From: Pseudomonadota bacterium | Lineage (GTDB): Bacteria > Babelota > Babeliae > Babelales > CAIQNR01 | Direction of reading: 5' to 3' | DNA: 64,000 bases | Assembly: GCA_027487215.1 (NCBI GenBank) | Contig: JAIYDZ010000006.1 | Span: 209,191-273,190, forward strand | In this document: piece by piece, positions 1 through 8,736 of the stretch | How the letters are laid out: the number at the start of each line of letters is the position of its first letter | How positions within the stretch are numbered: position 1 is the stretch's first letter | The notes under the pieces: generated by a model | Seen by the model: only the letters and a program-made list of their open reading frames with translations | Told to the model about the DNA's origin: nothing | Database searches by the model: none | Translations under genes and position numbers: made by a program

Positions 1-95
1 ATGACCAATACAAACAGATGGCCCAATAAAATCAATTATGAAGTATTGGCTCTACCTGAAAACACGTTGAACTCACTAAAGTGTAATCTTTAAAA

Positions 96-125
96 AATGG
101 AGAATTATAATGGAGAATTATAATG
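96..125 (+). repeat. 13-bp tandem duplication (AATGGAGAATTAT x2) covering the RBS/start of the 123..677 gene
   Basis: Units at 96-108 and 109-121, followed by AATG. Confidence 0.85.
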
Positions 126-677
126 AAAAAAAATTTACTCTTTACCATTGCGCTTAGCGCACTTACCGTTACGGCACAGTTACACGCACGTTCAGAACTA
201 GAATCAATTACTCATAAACACATGAATAACTTAAAAGCTGAATGTATCGCCGCTGCACAATTACAAAAGATTCTTGAGCCCGCACCATCAGAACTTAAGC
301 GCCTTGAAAAAGATGCTCGCTGGAAAGAACTGAACGCAGCTTTTCCTGACCTGAGTACAAAAGTTCTGCATTGCTTATGGGCAGACACTGAAAAATCTCG
401 ACTCTCAAGTCATAGTTCAGTCCTTGACGAAGAAAGTAATTCACCACGTGATGGTGAATTTGCTGACAGAGCAACAGGAAGATGGCGAAAAGGTTCTACT
501 CATACATCACCATCCACATCAGGCTCAGAACTCAACCATCAAGATAGTAGTGGAAAACAATGGAAATCTCTGGCTAATGATGATAATAAAGATAGATCGA
601 ACTGGAACTCCTCAAGCTCAGAGTTAGAAAATAATGAAGTTTTTGAGAGCGAACAAGATGATGAAAGCTATATTTAA
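123..677 (+). CDS. Secreted hypothetical protein with Ser/acidic low-complexity C-terminus
   Basis: 184-aa ORF, GGAGA RBS, signal peptide MKKNLLFTIALSALTVTAQLHA. Confidence 0.75.
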   Translation: MKKNLLFTIALSALTVTAQLHARSELESITHKHMNNLKAECIAAAQLQKILEPAPSELKRLEKDARWKELNAAFPDLSTKVLHCLWADTEKSRLSSHSSVLDEESNSPRDGEFADRATGRWRKGSTHTSPSTSGSELNHQDSSGKQWKSLANDDNKDRSNWNSSSSELENNEVFESEQDDESYI

Positions 678-829
678 ACTACTTTAAGGTTAAAAACAGC
701 TAACTGGTACTGTAACTAAAATTACACATCATTGAGCTTGAGTCTTTAAGATTTAAGGTTAGTTAATTTACAGCATTGAAAACAACAGCTCAGACGTGTT
801 ATTATAAAATTATGAGGAGGTTATTAACG

Positions 830-2086
830 ATGAAAAAAAATAAATTTTCTTTAGTATTATTGCTTTCACTTATGGGTGCTAGCTTAAGAGCTGAACAAAC
901 AGATCTACCTACTGATGATCTTACAGATTCAATCAGTCAAGCTATCGACCTTCAAGACAAAAAATTACCTGAAGATAATAAAATATTAGAAAACAATCAG
1001 GAAGAAGCAGAAACAAATACTAACCAAATCTCACGCCCTTCTCTAGAAGAACAACCAGAACTTCAGATGTTTGAAAAAGACATTGAAGCTCCTCAAGTTA
1101 TCAACAACACTCTTTCTGATGAAATGAAATCAACACTTTCACTTGATCAAAAAGATGCCCCAGAAAAAGAAGATTCTGAAAAAACTCAACCTGAAGAAAT
1201 AAAAAGTGCTGAATCTCAGCCAGAAACAGAAAAAACAGTTACTGTAGTTGAACATACACCTGATATTTCTTTTTTACCTCAAGCAAAAATTTATGGTGGA
1301 TGGGAAGGTATTCCTGCCGATCAGAAAAAAGAAATTAAAGCTTCTGATGTGTGGAAAGAACTAAAAGCTGATCATAAAAGTGCAACTGATCCAGAGCTTT
1401 ATCGATTATATATTGCTGAGACTACAACATCGCAAAAAGCAGACAAAACTCCAGTAGCACCTGAAAAAAAGAGCGCTACCGATGATAAAACTAAAAGTAC
1501 CGATTCAAAACACAAAGCAACACCCGAAGAACTTTATATCCATGTGCTGCGCGAAGCTCAACCAAACGCTTCACACGCTCAGTTTGAAACTGCACTTGAA
1601 GAGTTTCGTAGCGCAATGGCACAGTATGTAAAAGAATTTTCTCACTCAGATAAAGTTGATGAGTTTTCTAATAACATATCTGTGGCTCCTGAAAAACCTG
1701 TTATTAAAGAGCTGGTCAAAGAAGAAAAAACAGAACCTGCAGCTCAAGTTGAAAAAGCAAAACCAGTAGTAAACACTGAGCAAATGACTGCACCAATTCA
1801 AGTAGAACCTGTTAATCCAGCGACTGAAGAAAAATCTCTTGAGCCTGAAGTTCCAGCCGAAAAGCAACCAGAAGAACAAAAGTCTTTAAAAGAAGAAAAA
1901 ACTGAAAACGCTCCAGCAGCAAAAGAATTACTTGAAATAGAACCCGCTGCACCGGCACCAGAAGTAGTTTTACCAATGACACCAAAAGATCCTGTTGCAC
2001 CACAATCTCAAGAAATAAAATTACCAACAGATACTACTCAAAAAGCTGAAGCTCCACTTCTGGATCTTCCTGAGCCACAATTTTAA
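830..2086 (+). CDS. Secreted acidic/Pro/Lys-rich, largely disordered hypothetical protein
   Basis: AGGAGG at 815-820 before ATG 830; signal peptide MKKNKFSLVLLLSLMGASLRA; E/K/P/T-rich. Confidence 0.8.
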   Translation: MKKNKFSLVLLLSLMGASLRAEQTDLPTDDLTDSISQAIDLQDKKLPEDNKILENNQEEAETNTNQISRPSLEEQPELQMFEKDIEAPQVINNTLSDEMKSTLSLDQKDAPEKEDSEKTQPEEIKSAESQPETEKTVTVVEHTPDISFLPQAKIYGGWEGIPADQKKEIKASDVWKELKADHKSATDPELYRLYIAETTTSQKADKTPVAPEKKSATDDKTKSTDSKHKATPEELYIHVLREAQPNASHAQFETALEEFRSAMAQYVKEFSHSDKVDEFSNNISVAPEKPVIKELVKEEKTEPAAQVEKAKPVVNTEQMTAPIQVEPVNPATEEKSLEPEVPAEKQPEEQKSLKEEKTENAPAAKELLEIEPAAPAPEVVLPMTPKDPVAPQSQEIKLPTDTTQKAEAPLLDLPEPQF

Positions 2087-2114
2087 TAGTCATAAATTTC
2101 TGTTAACACTGTAG

Positions 2115-2142
2115 AAAAGGGAACACACTGTTCCCTTTTTTT
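2115..2142 (+). terminator. Intrinsic terminator
   Basis: AAAAGGGAACA-cac-TGTTCCCTTTT followed by T tract. Confidence 0.8.
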
Positions 2143-2284
2143 ATGCCTTTAAGCGTACGGCTCAGAGTGCCTCCTGTTGCCGCAATAGCGATATGTAATC
2201 TCACATAGACCTGCTCTTTTATTTTTGTTAGGATACTGTCAAATTTCTTACCATTTTCACCCATCATGAAAAAGGAGCTCTTTA

Positions 2285-3739
2285 ATGACACGTCATACAA
2301 AGGCTCAAAGTATCCAAGCAATTATCCTTGCTGCAGGAGCATCTTCACGCTTTAAAACTGGTCGTACTAAATTAGTAGAAAAAATTTGTGGTCGTTCAAT
2401 GGTTCTCTATCCAACCGATATTTTTGTGAACCTCAACATTCCCACAGTCATGGTTGTCGGCTTTCAAAAAGATATTCTTGAAGAAGTAGTAAAAGAAGAA
2501 TTTGGAAATAAAGTTACGTTCATTCATCAACAAGAACAACGTGGAACTGGTCACGCAATTCAATGCACACGCGATTCATGGCACGCTGACACTATTCTAG
2601 TAATAAATGGTGACATGCCCTTAGTCACTCAAGAAAACATCGAAAAATTAATTAAAAAACATCACGATAACGACGCTACTATTTCTTTTGCAACCGCACA
2701 TCATTGTGATCCTGAAGCCATGTATGGCCGTGTTATTCAAGGTGACGACTCTATCAAAATTATTGAAGCCAAAGATTTTGAAGGCGATTTAAGCGAACAG
2801 TGTTGTATCAACGCTGGAATCTATCTTATTAAGCGTTCATTTTTAGAAAACTATTTGGACAAACTCCAACCAAGCGCAGTAACCAAAGAATGGTACATCA
2901 CCGACCTTATTAATATTGCAAGCGCACATAAACTTACCGTACAAACGGTTGCTGTTCCTTTTGACCGGATCCGTGGAGTGAATGATTTTAAAGAATTGTG
3001 GGCAGCAGAACAGATCAAAAAATCTGAAATCATTCAACACTGGATGAGCAATGGTGTTCGCTTTGCCGTAGCTCACAATGTGCAAATTGACTGGAATGTA
3101 ACGATTGAATCAGGTACTTCAATCGGATCTGGTGCACAACTTCTTGGTAACACAAAAATTGGAAAAGATTGCGCCATTGAAGCTTTTACCTGTTTAAAAA
3201 ATGCAATAATTGGTAACCGAACAACTGTGTATGCAAACAGCGTTATTGAGAAATCTGAAATTGGCGCAGACTGTTTTGTCGGACCCTTTAGTTTTATTCA
3301 CGGCAACTCAACACTTAACAACAATGCAACCATCGGCAGCTTTGTTGAGGTTAATCGCAGTGAAATTGGTGCATTTAGCAAAGCAAAACACTTGTCATAC
3401 CTTGGCGACACTACCGTTGGTCAAAAAGTAGCACTCGGTGCTGGACTTGTTACCTGTAACTATGACGGCATCAACAAACATAAAACCATCATTAAAGACA
3501 ATGCGTTTATTGGTGGAAATAATACCATTGTGGCACCTGTAGTTATTGACGAATCTGCAATCACTGCGGCCGGTTCAACCATTACTGAAAATGTCCCTGC
3601 GCATGCACTTGCAATTGGCCGTGCACGACAAATAAATAAAGAAGGATATGCTGACAAAGTCAGAGCTAAACAGACTATTAAACCATTGGCTTCTGCCATG
3701 ACAGAAGCTCTTAAAACAACTTATGAATCACAACAATGA
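2285..3739 (+). CDS. glmU: Bifunctional UDP-GlcNAc pyrophosphorylase / glucosamine-1-P acetyltransferase
   Basis: IILAAGxxSRFK, QRGTGHA, NGDMP, EWYITD, hexapeptide repeats, KAKHLSYLGD, TCNYDG. Confidence 0.96.
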   Translation: MTRHTKAQSIQAIILAAGASSRFKTGRTKLVEKICGRSMVLYPTDIFVNLNIPTVMVVGFQKDILEEVVKEEFGNKVTFIHQQEQRGTGHAIQCTRDSWHADTILVINGDMPLVTQENIEKLIKKHHDNDATISFATAHHCDPEAMYGRVIQGDDSIKIIEAKDFEGDLSEQCCINAGIYLIKRSFLENYLDKLQPSAVTKEWYITDLINIASAHKLTVQTVAVPFDRIRGVNDFKELWAAEQIKKSEIIQHWMSNGVRFAVAHNVQIDWNVTIESGTSIGSGAQLLGNTKIGKDCAIEAFTCLKNAIIGNRTTVYANSVIEKSEIGADCFVGPFSFIHGNSTLNNNATIGSFVEVNRSEIGAFSKAKHLSYLGDTTVGQKVALGAGLVTCNYDGINKHKTIIKDNAFIGGNNTIVAPVVIDESAITAAGSTITENVPAHALAIGRARQINKEGYADKVRAKQTIKPLASAMTEALKTTYESQQ

Positions 3740-4977
3740 TCAAAGTTATCCATACTGCAGACATCCATTTCGGGATGGAAAATTACGGCAAGATTGATCC
3801 AAAGACGGGTATCCACTCCCGTCTTTTGGACTTTGAAAAAGCACTTAATTTTTGTATTGATGTAGCACTTGATCAAAAAGTCGATCTCTTTCTTTTTTCA
3901 GGGGACGCTTACAAAACTGCCCATCCAACTCCTACTCAACAAAAGCTTTTAATGCAGTGCTTGTTACGTTTACATAAAGCTGGCATACCCATTGTAATGG
4001 TGGTCGGTAATCATGATAACGCACTCAGTTTTGGTAAAGCACACAGCTTTGAAATTTTTGGTGATATGCCCCTTGATGGGTTTCACATTATGGCCAAACC
4101 AGAATGTATCACTCTTTCAACCAAAAATGGACCGCTACAAGTAGTGGGAATTCCGTGGCCCACACGAAATACCATCAGTTTAAAAACAAAAAATATTTCA
4201 ATGTCTCCCGAACAGATTACTCAATATATTTCGCAAGCAGTAACAGCAATTGTTAAAGACTTTGCACAGAAACTTGATCCACAAATTCCGTCGATTTTAG
4301 CAGGTCATTTAACAGTAAGTTCTGGAGTGTTTTCAGGTTCTGAAAAACGTGCAATTTATGGAAACGATCCAGTATTTTTACCTTCACAACTTGCTATTGA
4401 ACCATTTGATTACGTAGCGCTCGGGCACCTTCATCGCTATCAGGATCTTAATAAAAATGGCTATCCTGCACTTGTCTATTCAGGATCTATTGAACGGGTT
4501 GATTTTGGTGAAAGAAAAGAACCAAAGGGATTTTGTCTGGTTAATATTGCACGAAATGCAACAACTCATAAATTTATAGAAGGCCCAATGCGCTCTTTTA
4601 TTCAGATAGAAGTAACCTTAGATGAAACGGATGACAACCATACTGCCCAAATCTTAAAAGAACTTCAAAAACATACAATTGCCGACGCGGTCTTAAAAAT
4701 TCTTTATCACGTACCTGCTGGCAAAAAAGACATGGTTGATTTAGCAACAATTGAACGCGCATGCATCAACGCACAATATCTGGTCGGCGTTATTCCCCTA
4801 CGAAAAACATTACAACGAGAAAAGCGTATTGGCGTAAATGTTGAGATGGATATTGAAACACTGCTAAACAACTATTTTGAAAACAAACCAGAATTAAAGG
4901 CCCGTAAAGAAGAACTCGTGCAACACGCTTTATCTCTTTATCAGGCCTCGCATAATCATACTGAATGCGGCGAGTAA
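3736..4977 (+). CDS. sbcD: SbcD/Mre11-family exonuclease subunit
   Basis: HTADIHFG, SGD, GNHD, DYVALGHLH, YSGS..DFGE motifs; ATGA overlap with glmU. Confidence 0.92.
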   Translation: MIKVIHTADIHFGMENYGKIDPKTGIHSRLLDFEKALNFCIDVALDQKVDLFLFSGDAYKTAHPTPTQQKLLMQCLLRLHKAGIPIVMVVGNHDNALSFGKAHSFEIFGDMPLDGFHIMAKPECITLSTKNGPLQVVGIPWPTRNTISLKTKNISMSPEQITQYISQAVTAIVKDFAQKLDPQIPSILAGHLTVSSGVFSGSEKRAIYGNDPVFLPSQLAIEPFDYVALGHLHRYQDLNKNGYPALVYSGSIERVDFGERKEPKGFCLVNIARNATTHKFIEGPMRSFIQIEVTLDETDDNHTAQILKELQKHTIADAVLKILYHVPAGKKDMVDLATIERACINAQYLVGVIPLRKTLQREKRIGVNVEMDIETLLNNYFENKPELKARKEELVQHALSLYQASHNHTECGE

Positions 4978-4978
4978 A

Positions 4979-6010
4979 CTACTTTACGTACACAATATCA
5001 TAAGAAGACAAAAGCTTTGCATGATATTCATCGAGCATTTTTTGATATTTTGGAAAACGTAATTGATCAGCAATTTCACGACGTCTTTCATCAAGTGTTT
5101 TTGCATGTTCTTTTTTACGTTTAACGAGTCTAATGGCCTCATATCCTTCTTCAGATTCCAGTGCACGAATCTCGCCTGGTTTCATATCGACAATGAATTT
5201 CCTGTCGTCTGCAATTTCATCAAGCTCAAGCCAATAAGTAACACCCCATTGCACGCGTTCTACGTACTGACCATCATACATAAGCGCATCAATCTCTTTT
5301 TGTGTCCATTCATCTTTAAGTAATGTGCCTTTTTCAATTCGAAATGCAGCAGGTTCTATTACAGGATTTTTTTTGTAATACTCTTCAATTTCCTGTTCTG
5401 TAACAATGAGTTTGCCAATAATCAAATGCTGCATTAAATCGCCAACTACATAAGAAATGGCAAGTTCTTTTTTACCTTCTTCAAGCGAATAGCCTTCCTT
5501 TGCAAACAGCTCCTGAATCTGTACATCACTAATTCCATGCACTTCACGCAAAGAAGTTAAATGTTTTTCAACACGCTCTTCAGGGTAAGGCATGTGATAG
5601 ACCCCAAGCCCTTCTCCATAACATTTAATACGATCAAGAATAACTTCTTGCTCAGTGCGTTCTCTTCCGTCTAAAGACTTACGAGAAAGATCAAGCGACG
5701 TAATAATAATAGGGTCCGTGTGACTGCTGTAAATAACGATTTTAATTTGATTAACCAGACTAAGTGCAGGTTTTGCGGGTTCTTTCTTAACAGGTTTTGG
5801 CGTAGCTACACAAGGAGTAACAACACTTTTAGAGACATCCGCCTCTTTTACAGCTGGTGTGGCAAGATCTTTAACTGCATTAACTTTTTTTGACACAGAC
5901 GCAGACTCAACCAGCTCTTTTTTTTCAGTTGATTCCTGTTGCCCGCGTACTACAGCTACACATGAAAGTACTAGAAAGATTTTTAAACCAAAACGTTTCA
6001 TACTGTGCAC
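4979..6010 (-). CDS. SurA/PrsA-like periplasmic foldase with degenerate parvulin domain
   Basis: Signal peptide, IIITSLDL N-domain, VTEQEIEEYYKKN, MKPGEI..GYEAIRL, TLDERR.EI..QL. Confidence 0.65.
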   Translation of the reverse strand: MHSMKRFGLKIFLVLSCVAVVRGQQESTEKKELVESASVSKKVNAVKDLATPAVKEADVSKSVVTPCVATPKPVKKEPAKPALSLVNQIKIVIYSSHTDPIIITSLDLSRKSLDGRERTEQEVILDRIKCYGEGLGVYHMPYPEERVEKHLTSLREVHGISDVQIQELFAKEGYSLEEGKKELAISYVVGDLMQHLIIGKLIVTEQEIEEYYKKNPVIEPAAFRIEKGTLLKDEWTQKEIDALMYDGQYVERVQWGVTYWLELDEIADDRKFIVDMKPGEIRALESEEGYEAIRLVKRKKEHAKTLDERRREIADQLRFPKYQKMLDEYHAKLLSSYDIVYVK

Positions 6011-6266
6011 TCCTTATAATCAACTCTTATGCGTAATTTCTAACAGAGCGAGCAATGAGCTCAAACTGCTTATAATCGTATTGTTTTTGTGTAAGTATGC
6101 ACTGTATTTTTAAAATAGTCTTTATCTTAATAAGTCAAAAAAATGTCTGGGGTAATAGATTTGTTATAATTTTTTGAGTACACGACTCTTTTTTACAAAT
6201 AAATTACGCCCAGACAGCATTTACTAACAAAAAAAGCTAACGCATTTTTTTAGTAGTAATATAAAA

Positions 6267-6449
6267 CTACTCTACATCAGATGTAGGAGCTTCTACTTCT
6301 ACACCAGCTTCTGCAGCCATATCTGCAACTGATTCTACTGGAGCTGCTTCATGTGTTGCGCCACAGCATGGTTTTTTGCTAAAAAATTCACAACCGGTAA
6401 GAACTACTGGTAATGCAATAACCAAAAGGTAAAAAGATAATTTTTTCAT
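6267..6449 (-). CDS. Small lipoprotein
   Basis: MKKLSFYLLVIALPVVLTGC lipobox; CC motif; acidic Ala-rich tail; AAGGA RBS. Confidence 0.75.
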   Translation of the reverse strand: MKKLSFYLLVIALPVVLTGCEFFSKKPCCGATHEAAPVESVADMAAEAGVEVEAPTSDVE

Positions 6450-6570
6450 AGTGAACGATCCTTTCATTAAGTAAGTCATTTAAAATTGACTTATTTTTTC
6501 ATCAGGTTATAAACAGTACCATAGAATGGTTAGGTATGCAAAAAGACACTAAAATGGAGTCCTTTAATCT

Positions 6571-7260
6571 ATGCGCCCAAAATATATCGCTTTTATTATC
6601 CCGCTCATTTTGACCCTCTCAACATCTCTTATAAGTAAACCAGAAAATGAAATTTCCTCAAAAACCCCTCAGCTTTTTAATGAAATCCAAAAATCTTTAT
6701 TTTTAAATAATAATGAAAAAATACAAGAAATTATTGAAGACGACCCCAATCGTTTATACAGTATTCATCAAGAAACAACTCCCGTAGAATATGCCATTTA
6801 CTTAAAGGCATGGCATGCCACCGAACTCCTTCTTGCGCTTGACCAAAAAGAGCCCCTGATTACTCACCACGGATATAAAGGCAATCCACTTATACATATG
6901 ATGATTGAACAAGGTGCACCCTATTGGCTTTTAAAATCAGCCTTACAACTACAAGCTGACTTCTGTTCTGTTCTTAATCCTCAAAGACAAACAGCCCTTG
7001 AAATACTTATTGAAAATAGTGATAACCCTGATTGTGCAGGAATGCTTGCAATTGCCGGTTCGCAAGTAACTCCAGGACTTATTAAGTTCGCACTGGAACA
7101 CAAAAGAATTGAAACCGCAGATATTCTTTTAGAATTTTATCGTGAAGAACTTGAAAAGCATCCAGAAGGAAATCTACCTGAACAAAGTTGGTCGAGCGCC
7201 GACAGCGCCGATCAGCCCACTGGGTCTGAGCCCGAGGAGTGTCTTGAAACAGACATCTAA
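6571..7260 (+). CDS. Secreted protein with degenerate ankyrin-like repeats
   Basis: Signal peptide; TPVEYAI..ATELLL, GNPLIHMMI, QTALEIL helix pairs. Confidence 0.6.
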   Translation: MRPKYIAFIIPLILTLSTSLISKPENEISSKTPQLFNEIQKSLFLNNNEKIQEIIEDDPNRLYSIHQETTPVEYAIYLKAWHATELLLALDQKEPLITHHGYKGNPLIHMMIEQGAPYWLLKSALQLQADFCSVLNPQRQTALEILIENSDNPDCAGMLAIAGSQVTPGLIKFALEHKRIETADILLEFYREELEKHPEGNLPEQSWSSADSADQPTGSEPEECLETDI

Positions 7261-7830
7261 CGTGGCGCCCGTAGTCGCAACATCATCAACTAACAAAATA
7301 GTTTTACTCTTATAAAACTGAGCTTCTGGTGAAAGAATAAAAGCATCTTTTACGTTTAAGATTCGTTTATCTGCAGAAAGTTTTGCTTGATAATCTGTTT
7401 TTTTAACACGTTGTAAAAGGTGCACAACCGGCTTACCACTCGCTTTACCAATCTGTTGTGCAATAATGTCTGCCTGGTTAAACCACCGCCATGCATAGCG
7501 GGTCCAATGTAAAGGGACCGGAACGATAATATCAAAGGAGACGTGTTTTAAATCAGTTTTTTCCCATAACAGATGTCCTAAAAATACACTTGCAATCGGA
7601 TCTCTTCTTTGTTTTGCAAGAACCAATGAACGCAAAGGATCCTGATACAGCCCTATGGCATACACCGGAACTGCGTGCGTCTTAGTGATATGCAAGGTTC
7701 TTGTTACAACCGGCACAATCTCTAAAATACAAGAACTACATAAAAATTGATTGTCGTTTAAAAACTTCTGACACTGAGTGCAATAAGACGGTGCAATAAG
7801 TTTTTTAAACCAGATAAAAATCGATTTCAT
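7174..7830 (-). CDS. comF: ComF family phosphoribosyltransferase-like competence protein
   Basis: CxxC..CxxC zinc finger, VPVPLH..R..R.FNQA, LLVDDVATTGATL; ATGA overlap with pgpA. Confidence 0.9.
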   Translation of the reverse strand: MKSIFIWFKKLIAPSYCTQCQKFLNDNQFLCSSCILEIVPVVTRTLHITKTHAVPVYAIGLYQDPLRSLVLAKQRRDPIASVFLGHLLWEKTDLKHVSFDIIVPVPLHWTRYAWRWFNQADIIAQQIGKASGKPVVHLLQRVKKTDYQAKLSADKRILNVKDAFILSPEAQFYKSKTILLVDDVATTGATLDVCFKTLLGLRPSGLIGAVGARPTLFR

Positions 7831-8315
7831 AACAGTTGATACGCAACAAGAACGTAAACACATCCACATGCCAGCAATGCTGCATAACAGTCATCAAGCA
7901 GTACCCCTGTTGCTCCAGGTAGCGTTTCAAACCAGGAAACCCCGCACCATTTAGTGATATCAAAAAAACGATAAACCAGAAACCCAATCAGTGCAGTTTT
8001 TAAAGTAAAAGGCACCACCACAAAGATAAGTGCACAGCTGACCACTTCATCAAGAATAACTTCTGAAGGATCTTTTGATTTAAAATATGGTAAAGCCGCA
8101 TCAATAACAAACCAAGAACCTAGTGTTGCGCCCACTACCACCACGGGATACCACCAATAAGAAGTACCAAAAAACGCACACAGCAAGCCTACTGCAGCTC
8201 CCCATGTGCCCGGTGCGGGCAAATATCCAAGGGGTCCCACCGTTGAAAGAAATACACAACATTTTGAAGTATTACTCTTCCATGACATATTCATACACCA
8301 TAATGCACACCCCAA
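7827..8315 (-). CDS. pgpA: Phosphatidylglycerophosphatase A (true start may be ATG 8288/8294)
   Basis: GYLPAPGTWG, KDPSEVILDE, RFFDITK, GVLLDD. Confidence 0.9.
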   Translation of the reverse strand: MGCALWCMNMSWKSNTSKCCVFLSTVGPLGYLPAPGTWGAAVGLLCAFFGTSYWWYPVVVVGATLGSWFVIDAALPYFKSKDPSEVILDEVVSCALIFVVVPFTLKTALIGFLVYRFFDITKWCGVSWFETLPGATGVLLDDCYAALLACGCVYVLVAYQLL

Positions 8316-8736
8316 CAGTGATTGCTATATCAGCAAGGTTAAAGGTAGGAAAAGACCAGCCACCAAAAGAAATACTAATAAAATCAGTAACTGCACCCAC
8401 TCGTAGACGATCAACTAAGTTTGCAAAGCCACCAGCAAGAATAAGCGTTGCTCCTACAACAGAATATCCTTCTTTTTGCCGCTCAGTGGTCTGATAAGCT
8501 AACAAAGCAAGAACCGCTGTAGTCACGACACTAATAAGAGCCCATCCTAAAAAGTACTGTGTCGAGAACAAACTCCAGGAAATACCATAGTTGTAAGCCA
8601 ATTTAAAAGTTAAAAAATCGGCAACTTGAAAAGGTTTTCCAGTCAAAAAAGCTTCTGCACATACCTTAGTTATATAATCAGCAATAAAAACTTCCCAAAA
8701 AATCTGACTTCTATACCACAAATTGAGACTTCTCAT
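8272..8736 (-). CDS. lspA: Lipoprotein signal peptidase II
   Basis: DYITK, NYGISWS, GGFANLVDR, VTDFI, FNLAD. Confidence 0.93.
   Translation of the reverse strand: MRSLNLWYRSQIFWEVFIADYITKVCAEAFLTGKPFQVADFLTFKLAYNYGISWSLFSTQYFLGWALISVVTTAVLALLAYQTTERQKEGYSVVGATLILAGGFANLVDRLRVGAVTDFISISFGGWSFPTFNLADIAITVGVCIMVYEYVMEE

Noticed and set aside
1-93. Short open frame at the window start
   Set aside because: Too short and truncated to assign.
3736-4977. sbcD without adjacent sbcC as a novel nuclease system
   Set aside because: Ordinary SbcD motifs; sbcC is often elsewhere and the window cannot show it is absent.
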